Below, one piece after another: positions 1 through 9,095 of a DNA stretch of 64,000 nt (positions are counted from its first letter, which is position 1; every line of letters begins with the position of its first letter). The stretch lies in IMG/VR virus record IMGVR_UViG_3300024581_002882. One strand, written 5' to 3'. The position numbers and the translations under genes are program-made. This DNA comes from a virus. The notes below the pieces were generated by a model that saw only the letters and a program-made list of their open reading frames with translations, did no database searches and was not told where the DNA came from.

Positions 1-90
1 TATAACGGTAGATTTTAACATATCCACCAATGAGTATAAGGATAGATATTACACTACCTTACAAGCTTGGAAATTTGGTAATTCTGAAAA

Positions 91-477
91 TTGATTATTA
101 TGAAAGACGAATTTTCACTTTTACAAGATGATTTAAGCGATTTTGAAAAAAGATGCGTACCTGTAATTGTTAAAGGATTACAGGGTAAAATCGGTAAAGA
201 AAAAGCTGTTAGTAATCCTTATATAATTTCCAAAATGGAAAATTTAGGATATGATGGTTTGACACAGCCAAGAATTAGAAAAATAGTAAACTACATAAGA
301 AATAACGATTTGTTACTTCTTTTGTGTGCGAACTCAAAGGGATATTTTCTTCCTAAAAATTTAAAGGAATTAGACGAGTATCTTGATACAATGGAGAAAA
401 GAATCAACTCACAGATTAAAACTTTTGACAAACTCAAAGAGCAAAGACAAAAGTATTTGAACCACATGAACAACTAA
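91..477 (+). CDS. hypothetical protein, possible winged-helix DNA-binding protein
   Basis: 128-aa ORF; LTQPRIRKIVNYIR followed by CANSKGYF looks like a helix plus wing. Confidence 0.5.
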   Translation: MIIMKDEFSLLQDDLSDFEKRCVPVIVKGLQGKIGKEKAVSNPYIISKMENLGYDGLTQPRIRKIVNYIRNNDLLLLLCANSKGYFLPKNLKELDEYLDTMEKRINSQIKTFDKLKEQRQKYLNHMNN

Positions 478-478
478 T

Positions 479-814
479 ATGTCAAAGAAAAAAGTAAAAG
501 AACGTATCGAGATGTATTCTGAAATAAGCCGAATGAAAGAAGTTAAAATCTTTGGCTTTGATGTTTACTACCACCCTAAAGAAAAACTTTGGTTTCTTCA
601 TCTTAACTATTCAACAACAGAAAAAGACAAGGAAACAGAAAAAGACGTTATAGAGTTTCATGAGGAAATGGAGTGTTACGATGGTAAGGGTTGGCTAAAG
701 ATAAGTGCTGATTTTAAAGAAGAAGATTTTAAAAATGTTATTTCAGAGTGTAGAAAGTCTAAATTCAATATTAAAGGAATTAAGATGTACAGTAATAACC
801 TTAAAATTGTGTGA
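479..814 (+). CDS. hypothetical protein
   Basis: 111-aa ORF tightly coupled to its neighbours. Confidence 0.6.
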   Translation: MSKKKVKERIEMYSEISRMKEVKIFGFDVYYHPKEKLWFLHLNYSTTEKDKETEKDVIEFHEEMECYDGKGWLKISADFKEEDFKNVISECRKSKFNIKGIKMYSNNLKIV

Positions 815-1029
815 AACAAGTGCCTTTAACTGTTATAGAAGAATATTTTAAAGACGTGGAGTTCACAGACGACCACCTTGAATTAGACCAATGTACCACA
901 ATAACCAATATCAAAAAGTTTTACGAATCTCATTTGTCTATTCTAAAAGCCAATAGTGGCAAAAAATCTGTGATGCCTTATTATAAGCGAATTTTAAAAC
1001 TTTACTATATTTATAAAAATACAGTTTAA
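811..1029 (+). CDS. hypothetical protein
   Basis: 72-aa ORF with GTGA overlap with the upstream stop. Confidence 0.55.
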   Translation: MKQVPLTVIEEYFKDVEFTDDHLELDQCTTITNIKKFYESHLSILKANSGKKSVMPYYKRILKLYYIYKNTV

Positions 1030-1121
1030 GAAAACCGTAAGAAAATCGTAAGAAAAAATAATAATGATTTTCAGCAAGTTAGCTTATATCGTAAGAAAGC
1101 CATAAGAAAATCATAAGAAAA
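1027..1121. repeat. two triplets of TAAGAAA(A/G) direct repeats with 11-bp period
   Basis: copies at 1027, 1038, 1049 and 1092, 1103, 1114; intergenic. Confidence 0.85.
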
Positions 1122-1127
1122 TTTTAA

Positions 1128-1760
1128 ATGAAAAAAGAACAAAACCTTTGGCACGAACACTCAAAAAAAGAAAACTCTTTAGAGTACATATTACCTAAAC
1201 GTGATTACGATAGGTTTTGGGAAGAAGGAAAGCTACAAGCAGAACTTATACAGCCTCTCATCAAAGAAACTGATACAATTCTTGAATATGGTTGTGGCGT
1301 AGGTAGAATCTTAACAAACATTAAGTGTAAAAAGAAATATGGTGCTGATATTTCAAAATCTTATTTAGATAGAATAGAAGATGAAGAAATAATACCGCTA
1401 AATTCAAATGGAAAAAGATTAGAGTTAAAAAATGAAACAATAGATTTTATATACTCTATTATGGTTTTTCAGCACATTCCTTATGAATACCATAGAGAAA
1501 TTATTGTAGAACTTCTAAGGGTTCTTAAAAAGGGTGGCAGGATGTTTATTCAATTCCCAAAGAAAACAGATAAATACTTTGCTTACTATAAAGAAACAGA
1601 CTTTGTAAACACTTATTCAGTAGGGGATATTTATGAATATATCCATGAATTAGAAATAACAGATTTTAAAATTAAAGAAGGAAATTTGGTTGCCTACGGT
1701 GAAAACGGTAATTTTAAACCTGAAGAAAATTTAGAACTGTTTTTAAGCATTGTCAAATAA
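1128..1760 (+). CDS. class I SAM-dependent methyltransferase
   Basis: ILEYGCGVGR (motif I), GADIS, IDFIYSIMVFQH, LRVLKKGG. Confidence 0.9.
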   Translation: MKKEQNLWHEHSKKENSLEYILPKRDYDRFWEEGKLQAELIQPLIKETDTILEYGCGVGRILTNIKCKKKYGADISKSYLDRIEDEEIIPLNSNGKRLELKNETIDFIYSIMVFQHIPYEYHREIIVELLRVLKKGGRMFIQFPKKTDKYFAYYKETDFVNTYSVGDIYEYIHELEITDFKIKEGNLVAYGENGNFKPEENLELFLSIVK

Positions 1761-1856
1761 AGAAAGCACCTTATATAAAATTTTAGACTTCCTACTTTTT
1801 ATTGTTATAGTAGCAGATATTTATATTTTTTTAAAGTTGTTATTTTCTTTCTTACC

Positions 1857-2723
1857 TTAAAGAGAAACAAGCATATCCATTAACTCCTGTTGTGGAAAAC
1901 AATCAAACTTATCTTTACGAGTATTTGTGTGTGTCCAAATACCTTTTATACGACCATAGTACGCATCTTCATTAAATTCAAATGCCTTTGCACCCTTTTG
2001 TTTAATAAGTTCAGGAAGCCCTTTTCTAATATCAATTCCATCTCTTTCAGAAATAAACCTCAACAGTTTTTCTAATTTTTTAATTTGCCTATCAGAATAT
2101 TTGTGCCATTGCTTATAACCTCTAAATTCTTCATCTAATAAAACTCTTTGCCTTTCGTGTACATAACTCCCTGCATAAGTTTTTCCTGAATTTAGGTAAC
2201 CAAAATTATTAAGTTCTATTCCCACGCTGTTAGTGTGCATAGATTGATTTCCGTTTTTACCTAAATGCCAACCATAGTGTCCTGTTGGGAAAGCCTGAAG
2301 TAAAACCCCATCAAACGAGTTGTCATCATTTCGTATGCTTTGTCCACCCAACACAAATTCAGTAGCAATCATACCCCTTGTGTCTTTAGCCCAATTTTTA
2401 ATTGTGTTATAAGGGTTATGCCAACCTGCTGTATGGTGTATGAATATATATTCTTTTGGTGTTTTTCCTGATGAATATTCACCTGTTGGCAAATGAAACT
2501 TTTCATAAAGCCCTTTTACATGGTTTTTTTCATCTGTATCTAAATCGTTAAGCTTATTCCAAGTGTTAGTGCCTACTACACCATCTGCTTTAAGACCATT
2601 TGCTAATTGAAATTCTTTTACAGCGTTTTCTGTTTGTTTTCCAAAAACACCATCAGCTTCGATATTAAGGAGTTCCTGTAAGACACGAACATCACTTCCT
2701 TTGTCGTTTAATTTTATCAACAT
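1857..2723 (-). CDS. endolysin: N-terminal peptidoglycan-binding domain plus N-acetylmuramoyl-L-alanine amidase
   Basis: DVRVLQELL..ADGVFGKQTENAVKEFQ..L.ADGVVG (PG-binding); IFIHHTAG, SVGIEL, HTNT..KFDCFP (Amidase_2 zinc motifs). Confidence 0.9.
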   Translation of the reverse strand: MLIKLNDKGSDVRVLQELLNIEADGVFGKQTENAVKEFQLANGLKADGVVGTNTWNKLNDLDTDEKNHVKGLYEKFHLPTGEYSSGKTPKEYIFIHHTAGWHNPYNTIKNWAKDTRGMIATEFVLGGQSIRNDDNSFDGVLLQAFPTGHYGWHLGKNGNQSMHTNSVGIELNNFGYLNSGKTYAGSYVHERQRVLLDEEFRGYKQWHKYSDRQIKKLEKLLRFISERDGIDIRKGLPELIKQKGAKAFEFNEDAYYGRIKGIWTHTNTRKDKFDCFPQQELMDMLVSL

Positions 2724-2778
2724 ATAAATAGAATAAAAAAGGTAATTAGTTTCAAACCCTGTTTAATGTAAAGCTACA

Positions 2779-2985
2779 CTATATCTTTTTATCCTTATTG
2801 GATTTAATAAAAGATGATAGTGAATTTACTAATGTATCAGCACTAAAAAGCATCATAGTACCGAAAATTAATAGAATTACGAAAATCCACAACTGTGCGT
2901 GTTCAACTTTAAATAAGTAGTAAAAAGATACCGCAAAAGTCAACAAACCAATAAGTGTGGTTTTCCACTCTGATAATTTACCCAT
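2779..2985 (-). CDS. putative holin (2 TM)
   Basis: 68 aa, two hydrophobic helices, basic C-terminus, directly upstream of the endolysin. Confidence 0.55.
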   Translation of the reverse strand: MGKLSEWKTTLIGLLTFAVSFYYLFKVEHAQLWIFVILLIFGTMMLFSADTLVNSLSSFIKSNKDKKI

Positions 2986-3010
2986 AATTAAAATTTTAAG
3001 GTTAATGGCT

Positions 3011-3018
3011 CAAATTTA
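3011..3018 (-). promoter_or_regulatory. Bacteroidota-type -7 promoter box for the holin-endolysin operon
   Basis: reverse complement TAAATTTG matches TAnnTTTG, 26 bp upstream of the holin start. Confidence 0.5.
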
Positions 3019-3059
3019 AAATATTTCTATGTTTTTTATGGTATAAAAGAACTTTTTTT

Positions 3060-3067
3060 TATTTTTG
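3060..3067 (+). promoter_or_regulatory. Bacteroidota-type -7 promoter box
   Basis: TATTTTTG upstream of ORF 3091, divergent from the 3011 box. Confidence 0.45.
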
Positions 3068-3090
3068 AGTATAAAAATTTAGCCAAGAAA

Positions 3091-3303
3091 ATGATTAATA
3101 TAGAATTTGAAACTTTTGATGAAATATCTGAAACTCTCAATATTGTAGGAGACACAATCAATAATTCACTCAACGAAAACGAAAAAATAGTTACCATACA
3201 ACTTCATGGTAAGGAGTACACCATAAATACAAATTCGGACACTTTTAAAGCAGGACTTTTATATGGTCTGTCTATTTCAAAGGATTTAGCTGTACAAAGA
3301 TGA
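3091..3303 (+). CDS. hypothetical protein
   Basis: 70-aa ORF. Confidence 0.55.
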   Translation: MINIEFETFDEISETLNIVGDTINNSLNENEKIVTIQLHGKEYTINTNSDTFKAGLLYGLSISKDLAVQR

Positions 3304-3449
3304 GATTTGAAAAATACACACAGGTAGGGCAGATTAATTTAATTCCATCAATTTCTATTACATACGATAAAACTCTTTGGGGCGGTTATGAAATAGGTTT
3401 TGTTTGGCTAAATGTGTGGGTTGGAATACAATGGGGATATGAAAATTAG
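3300..3449 (+). CDS. small hypothetical protein (49 aa, MRFEKYTQVGQINLIPSISITY...)
   Basis: read by eye; ATGA overlap with the previous stop; below the ORF-track cutoff. Confidence 0.45.
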   Translation: MRFEKYTQVGQINLIPSISITYDKTLWGGYEIGFVWLNVWVGIQWGYEN

Positions 3450-3577
3450 AACAGGAAAATACCACAGTCAATTTTCGCTTGGAATATCTTACACCACCTT
3501 TAACAACACATACAAAGCCCTTGTTTTTGAATTTTTGTTCTTTTATATAGAAATTGTATTCAAAGATTACGAATAAG

Positions 3578-3635
3578 TTATTTTAGAAAATAATTTATTT
3601 ATTTTAAAAAATAATTTCTTTATTTTAAAAAATAA
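3578..3635. promoter_or_regulatory. three palindromic TTATTTT-N2-AAAATAA sites at 21-bp spacing (candidate operator or iterons)
   Basis: exact copies at 3578, 3599 and 3620, just upstream of the -7 box at 3639. Confidence 0.7.
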
Positions 3636-3638
3636 TTT

Positions 3639-3646
3639 TACATTTG
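3639..3646 (+). promoter_or_regulatory. Bacteroidota-type -7 promoter box for the HTH/replication operon
   Basis: TACATTTG, 25 bp upstream of the HTH gene. Confidence 0.65.
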
Positions 3647-3671
3647 CTTCATTGTAATTAAAAAGAAACTT

Positions 3672-3881
3672 ATGAAAATTACCAAACTACAACGTATTTT
3701 AAGGAGTAGAGGATTGACACAAACAGATTTGTTTCAAATAATAAATGATTCTACGCACAAAAACATTGGACAGGACAGAATTAATAAATTAGTTCTTGGA
3801 AAACAGAAAAATTACACTATTGAAACTGCAAAAACAATTGCAGATGTTCTTGGTGTTAAATTAGATGATTTTGTAGAGTAA
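3672..3881 (+). CDS. XRE/Cro-family helix-turn-helix regulator
   Basis: LQRILRSRGLTQTDL...INKLVLGKQKNYTIETAKTIADVLGVKLDDF. Confidence 0.85.
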   Translation: MKITKLQRILRSRGLTQTDLFQIINDSTHKNIGQDRINKLVLGKQKNYTIETAKTIADVLGVKLDDFVE

Positions 3882-4516
3882 TGGATTTATTGGAATTTAT
3901 AACACAGTTTTCTAATAAGCCAAAAGTTCATGGGGATATTTGGCTATATATTATTTCTCGTGTTAACAATAAAATCCATGTAAGTGAAATATTAAGGCTA
4001 TATAAAGTTTCTAAAGCAAGTTTATATAGGATTTTTAAAGAATATAATACTGAAATAGAATATAAATCTGAATATATAGTTTTTCAAATAAAAAACTCTT
4101 GTGTTTGTTCAAATACAATAACGAAAATAAATAGCCAAACTAAAAAGGTTTCTAATAAAGTAAAAGAAACAAAAGTAGAAGAAGCAAAAGAAGTAGATAT
4201 ATATAAAGAAATAATAGAATATCTTAATATGCAAAGCGGTAAACGTTATTCATATAAAACACAAACAACAAAGCGTTTTATAAATGCTCGTTTAAAAGAG
4301 GGATATATATTTTCAGACTTTAAAAAAGTAATAGATATAAAGTGTTCAAAATGGCTTAATTCTTCAATGGAAGATTATTTAAGACCACAAACATTATTTT
4401 CAAATAAATTTGAGGGTTATGTAAATGAAACTTTAAATGGTAAAAAAGATATAGTAGATAAAGCAAATGACACAATTAGTAAAGCAAAGCAATTCGATTG
4501 GCAATTTGATTCCTAA
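3881..4516 (+). CDS. phage replication initiator-like protein with conserved phage C-terminal domain
   Basis: EIIEYLN..SGKRY...INARLKEGY..SDFKKVID.K...W.....DYLRPQTLFSNKFEGYVNE resembles Phg_2220_C; position after the XRE gene is lambdoid. Confidence 0.75.
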   Translation: MDLLEFITQFSNKPKVHGDIWLYIISRVNNKIHVSEILRLYKVSKASLYRIFKEYNTEIEYKSEYIVFQIKNSCVCSNTITKINSQTKKVSNKVKETKVEEAKEVDIYKEIIEYLNMQSGKRYSYKTQTTKRFINARLKEGYIFSDFKKVIDIKCSKWLNSSMEDYLRPQTLFSNKFEGYVNETLNGKKDIVDKANDTISKAKQFDWQFDS

Positions 4517-5270
4517 GTTACCAAAGAAAACGGTAACGATATATGATGCCTATAAAACATCTGTACGCATAATGGATTTTAACACCAATGCACAGATGAA
4601 TAAATTAGTGGAAGTAATTGGGCAATGGTCTTTTTATTTAGGCTTGTCAGATAAAGTGTCTGAAAAAGAACTTATATTAATAGCACAGTTTATAAAAGAA
4701 AACTTTGGTAGCTTAAATATAACAGATATGCAAGAAGCTATAAAAATGTGTACAAATGGGGAATTGGATTCCGAAATTGAACACTTTGGTAAATTATCTC
4801 CGTTATATATTGGAAAAGTTTTAAATGCTTACAAATTAAAAAGAAGTAGCCTTATTGTTGATATAAATAAAAAAGTGGCTCAACTTGAATTTGAAGCAAA
4901 TAAAAAAGTTCCAACAGCAGAAGAAAACCTAAACAATATGAAAATAATTGTGCAAAATGCTTGGTTGGATGTAAATAGCGGAAAAACATTTTATGACTTT
5001 GGGGATTGCGTATATAACTACATAAAAGAAAAAAAGCTTATGGTTGTTGATGACGATATGATTGAAAGGGCTAAAAAATACGCTAAAAGAAACATAAAAG
5101 AAGAACAGCATCAATCCACAATGAAATCTGTTATTAATAATATGCGTTTTGAAAAAGTAGATGCTGAATCCATAAAAAGAAAAAAAGCAAGAGAATATAT
5201 TGTAAACGAGTGGCTTTCTTCTATGAACAAGAAACAAGCTGTTGATTTTGTAAAACAAATGAAATTATAA
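4467..5270 (+). CDS. hypothetical replication-module protein (possible helicase loader)
   Basis: position directly after the initiator; no diagnostic motif. Confidence 0.4.
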   Translation: MTQLVKQSNSIGNLIPKLPKKTVTIYDAYKTSVRIMDFNTNAQMNKLVEVIGQWSFYLGLSDKVSEKELILIAQFIKENFGSLNITDMQEAIKMCTNGELDSEIEHFGKLSPLYIGKVLNAYKLKRSSLIVDINKKVAQLEFEANKKVPTAEENLNNMKIIVQNAWLDVNSGKTFYDFGDCVYNYIKEKKLMVVDDDMIERAKKYAKRNIKEEQHQSTMKSVINNMRFEKVDAESIKRKKAREYIVNEWLSSMNKKQAVDFVKQMKL

Positions 5271-5618
5271 ATGAAGAAGTGTAACGTTTGTAAAAACAAA
5301 AAACCCAAAATGTTTTTTAAAGAGGGTAAAAAAACCTGTAAGACTTGTGAAAAAACTTTTTACAGGTCTTTTCTGCGTTTTTTAGTTTTGCAAAGAAAAC
5401 TTAGTCCTGCCGAAAGAATGGGGAACAGATTAGGGTATATGGGTACAGCTTTTATTATGATGTCGCCATATCTTTTACAGTATGATGGTTTTGGTGCATA
5501 CACCTATTTAACAGGTGCTGTTTTGTCAATACCTCAAGTTTGGATAGCAAAGCAATGGAACTTAGTTGTTGTAAACTTGAACCTATTGGTTGGATATGGA
5601 GTTTATATTTTTAATTAA
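5271..5618 (+). CDS. zinc-finger plus about 3-TM membrane protein
   Basis: CNVC...CKTC at the N-terminus; hydrophobic C-terminal half with an LSIPQV motif. Confidence 0.55.
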   Translation: MKKCNVCKNKKPKMFFKEGKKTCKTCEKTFYRSFLRFLVLQRKLSPAERMGNRLGYMGTAFIMMSPYLLQYDGFGAYTYLTGAVLSIPQVWIAKQWNLVVVNLNLLVGYGVYIFN

Positions 5619-5924
5619 ATGGTTATAGAGGGCTACATATTTGATAGGATAGATGTTTCTGAAAAAGTTACGCAAATAGTGATGCGTAAAAAACATAAGG
5701 AACGATATAACTATATATGCTTTGTAGCTTTTGGTTGGGTTAAAGACAGAATAAACGAACTTGATTTACAGCAAAAAGACAAAATCCGCATTGAGTATTA
5801 TATAAAAAGCAAAAAGTGGAATGAACGTTATTCTACTGATGCTATTATAGAAAAAATAGATTTAAAGGAAAGAAGAACAAATCAAATAGTAGTTGATTTT
5901 GAAACAGGAGAAATATTTGAATAA
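5619..5924 (+). CDS. possible OB-fold ssDNA-binding protein
   Basis: beta-rich pattern, ICFVAFG, IRIEYYIKSKKWNERYST, acidic tail DFETGEIFE. Confidence 0.4.
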   Translation: MVIEGYIFDRIDVSEKVTQIVMRKKHKERYNYICFVAFGWVKDRINELDLQQKDKIRIEYYIKSKKWNERYSTDAIIEKIDLKERRTNQIVVDFETGEIFE

Positions 5925-6580
5925 TGGGAAAAACAGATAAATATAATTTTTTGGTAGGAATACCAACAATAAACAGGGCAGACCTTTTGAATGAAGCCCT
6001 TGAAAAATATTTTATTGATTTTTATAAAAACGATATTTTTATAGTTGACAATGGGAATCAAGATATTTTAACTCGTGAAGAAAGGTTTGAAGTTTACAAG
6101 CCTAAAAAAAACTTAGGGGTTGCTAAAAGTTGGAATCTTATTTTAGATAAAGCTGTTGAATTGGGCTATCCGAGAGTTTTGATATTAAATGATGATGTTT
6201 ATTTAGGCAAACACAGAAAAGACATTGAACAGCTTATAGAAACGTATTATCACGCTGATTTGATACACTCTACTAAGAATTTTTGTTCTTTTATAATGAC
6301 AACATTTGCGTATAAAATGTATGGTGGTTTTGATGAGGGCTTTTTTCCTGCCTATTTTGAGGACAATGACTTTAAATATCGACTTAAAATTAATGGTGGA
6401 TATTCCACCGAAACAGAAGAATTAGACCCTGAAGTTTACAGAAACAGCATGAGCATCAAAAAAGACATAGACTTAAATAATAATTTTGAAAAAAATGAAA
6501 AAAGATATATCGAAAAGTGGGGTGGGTTGCCAAGTGAAGAAATTTTTAAAACGCCTTTCAACAATCAAGATAGGGCATAA
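5924..6580 (+). CDS. glycosyltransferase family 2
   Basis: VGIPTINR, IFIVDNG, NLGVAKSWN, LILNDD, GGFDEGFFPAYFEDND. Confidence 0.9.
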   Translation: MGKTDKYNFLVGIPTINRADLLNEALEKYFIDFYKNDIFIVDNGNQDILTREERFEVYKPKKNLGVAKSWNLILDKAVELGYPRVLILNDDVYLGKHRKDIEQLIETYYHADLIHSTKNFCSFIMTTFAYKMYGGFDEGFFPAYFEDNDFKYRLKINGGYSTETEELDPEVYRNSMSIKKDIDLNNNFEKNEKRYIEKWGGLPSEEIFKTPFNNQDRA

Positions 6581-6721
6581 AGAGATATTTTTAGGATTAA
6601 CTTTCTTTTGCGGAGTGTTAATTTTATGGGTAGATAATGTTTTTGTAGAAATTTTTTGGTTATTTTGTTATTCTGTATGGTTATTAATGTTTTATGACCT
6701 GCAAAAAGAAAAATTTATAGA

Positions 6722-7396
6722 ATGAAAAATTTAGCAAACAAAGTAATTATTTTAGCCCTGTTAGTGGTTGTTTGCTTGTTATTTTTACGTTCTTGTCAGT
6801 TAGAAAAAGATTATAACAGAGTTTCGAGTGCCTTAACGGTTGCTGATTTAAAAAATCAAAAATTTGAAACGGAATTAAACGAAAAAGGTGAGCAATTAGC
6901 TACCCAAAAACAACTTATCCTTTCACAGGAAGAAGCACTTGAAAATAATCTTATACAAATTGAAGAACTTAAAAAGTATAAGCGAATAAAAAGTAAAACA
7001 GAAATAGTTACAAAAACAAAAATTGATACTGTTTATGTGGCTTTTGACCCTGTAAATGAAAACGACAGCACTTATGTGCCTATCCCTGATGGATTTTTTA
7101 GAAATTTCAGTTATACCGAAAAAGATGATTGGTATAAGTTTTCAGGAAGTGTATCAGAAAAAGGGCTAACCATGAATAACATGGAAATTAAAAATAAATA
7201 TAGCCTTTTGATAGCCGATAAAAAATTGGGTTTATTTTCAAAACCCGAACCCCAAGTTATTCTAACTAATTCTAATCCGTACACAAATACAGTTTCGATG
7301 AATAATGTCCAAATCAAATTTGAAAAACCATTTTATAAGAAAGAGTGGTTTTGGTTTGTTTTGGGTGCTACCACAACAACTGTAATTTTAAAATAG
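6722..7396 (+). CDS. membrane or lipoprotein with C-terminal TM (possible unimolecular spanin)
   Basis: N-terminal hydrophobic helix ending FLRSC, coiled coil, beta region, C-terminal KPFYKKEWFWFVLGATTTTVILK. Confidence 0.45.
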   Translation: MKNLANKVIILALLVVVCLLFLRSCQLEKDYNRVSSALTVADLKNQKFETELNEKGEQLATQKQLILSQEEALENNLIQIEELKKYKRIKSKTEIVTKTKIDTVYVAFDPVNENDSTYVPIPDGFFRNFSYTEKDDWYKFSGSVSEKGLTMNNMEIKNKYSLLIADKKLGLFSKPEPQVILTNSNPYTNTVSMNNVQIKFEKPFYKKEWFWFVLGATTTTVILK

Positions 7397-7425
7397 TGTA
7401 CAATAATATAATTTTTAAAAACTTA

Positions 7426-8667
7426 ATGGATAGGTTAAATTTAAAAGGCAAAATTTCTTTAGCCATAGCTATTTTAATTATGCTATCATTTTTCATTGTT
7501 AAAACGCTACTTCTTTTTGGTTTTTTAGAATATTCAGAGTTTACAAATTGGTATGAATATCTGTCGGTTATATTTTTTATGCCACCATTTTTTATTGTTA
7601 TTTCACAATTTTTATATAGGTTAAAAAAAAGAGAAGAACTTATTGATTCACAGTTAAGGGCTGTAAATCAATCAAACCTTGTCGTTAATTTAACTATGGA
7701 TGGTCGTGTAATTAGTGCCAATAAAAACTTTTGTGATTTAGTTGGCTATGAAGAAAAAGAAATTTTAAATAAGCCTCATAAAAAATTAGTAACTCCTGAA
7801 TATCAAAACAGTAAGGAATATAAAATATTTTGGAAAAAATTAAATGATGGGGAAACTATAACAGAAAAATTTGAAAGAGTTTCTAAAAATGGAAAAAGTG
7901 TTTGGTTGTATGGAAATTACACTCCTATAAAAAATTCTAAGGGTGTATTTTACAAAGTTTTAAAAATAGCAAACGATGTAACAGAACAGCATATTGCAGG
8001 AGAATTAGTAAACCAAAAAAACACTTTTTTAGAACATTCTGCAAAGATTTTAAGACATGATATGCATAGCGGTATTAACACTTATATACCAAGAGGAATA
8101 AAATCTTTAAAAAGAAGGCTTACCGAACAGCAAATCAAAGATTTAAAAATAGAAGCACCATTAAAATTAATTGCTGATGGACTGCATCACACTCAAAAAG
8201 TTTATGAGGGCGTAAAAGAATTTACCAATCTTGTTCGGGAAGATGCTGTATTGAATTTAGAAGAACACAATTTAAAAGAAATTCTTTGTGAATATTTTGA
8301 CCTAACATCTTATAAGGAAAGCATTATTATTGATGATTTGCCAACAATAAGCGTAAATAAACCGCTTTTTTGTACTGCAATTGATAATCTTGTTAGAAAT
8401 GGTTTGCGTTATAACGATAGTAAAACTAAATTTGTTAAAATTTTTATGTTAAAAAATAATATTTTAGCAGTTCAAGATAATGGTAGAGGAATGAGCCAAA
8501 GAGATTTTTTGAGACTTTCAAAACCATATACAAGAAAAGAAGGACAAAAAGAAACAGGCACAGGGCTTGGTATAAACATTTGTAACGCTATTTTAGAGCA
8601 ACATGGTTTTACCATAAAATCAGAAAAAAAAGAATTAGGAACAATTTTAAAAATTAAAATAGCGTGA
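7426..8667 (+). CDS. membrane PAS/PAC sensor histidine kinase
   Basis: 2 TM; PAS-PAC (FWKKLNDG..FERVSKNGKSVWLYGNYTPI...KIANDVTE); H-box ILRHDMHSG; N-box IDNLVRNGLRYN; G1 VQDNGRGM; G2 GTGLGINIC; start placed at ATG 7426. Confidence 0.93.
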   Translation: MDRLNLKGKISLAIAILIMLSFFIVKTLLLFGFLEYSEFTNWYEYLSVIFFMPPFFIVISQFLYRLKKREELIDSQLRAVNQSNLVVNLTMDGRVISANKNFCDLVGYEEKEILNKPHKKLVTPEYQNSKEYKIFWKKLNDGETITEKFERVSKNGKSVWLYGNYTPIKNSKGVFYKVLKIANDVTEQHIAGELVNQKNTFLEHSAKILRHDMHSGINTYIPRGIKSLKRRLTEQQIKDLKIEAPLKLIADGLHHTQKVYEGVKEFTNLVREDAVLNLEEHNLKEILCEYFDLTSYKESIIIDDLPTISVNKPLFCTAIDNLVRNGLRYNDSKTKFVKIFMLKNNILAVQDNGRGMSQRDFLRLSKPYTRKEGQKETGTGLGINICNAILEQHGFTIKSEKKELGTILKIKIA

Positions 8668-9095
8668 TAAAAAGTATTTTATTAGTTGATGATGAAAGTT
8701 TATTTCATTTAGTATTTGAAGATGCGTGTTCACTTTTGGACATTGCACTAAACCTTGAATCTATTGATAGTTCGGATAAAGCCGAAGAAATGTTTAAAAT
8801 ATGGCAAAAACACCCTGAAAAAAAGCCTGAATGTGTTTTTGTGGACTTAAACATAATAGGAAGTAGCTTTGATGGTATCGAACTTATTAGAAAAATTAAC
8901 TTTGATTATGGCGATGGGGTTGTTATAGGCATTATATCCTCATCAAGCGATAAATCTGAACAAGCAAAAGCGATTCAATCGGGTTCGCAGTTTTGGATTG
9001 TGAAAAGTGATGATATTGAACCTCGTCTTGAAGAATTTAAAAAAGATTACGAGGGCTACAAGAACAAAACAGCACCGTTTAAAGTATATGAATAA
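8664..9095 (+). CDS. single-domain response regulator (CheY-like receiver)
   Basis: ILLVDD acidic pocket, VFVDLNI phospho-Asp, IISSS, WIVK conserved Lys; no output domain. Confidence 0.93.
   Translation: MIKSILLVDDESLFHLVFEDACSLLDIALNLESIDSSDKAEEMFKIWQKHPEKKPECVFVDLNIIGSSFDGIELIRKINFDYGDGVVIGIISSSSDKSEQAKAIQSGSQFWIVKSDDIEPRLEEFKKDYEGYKNKTAPFKVYE

Noticed and set aside
6486-6725. 79-aa membrane ORF overlapping the GT2 end
   Set aside because: It overlaps GT2 by about 95 bp and its true start is unclear; a shorter real gene is possible, but I could not support coordinates.
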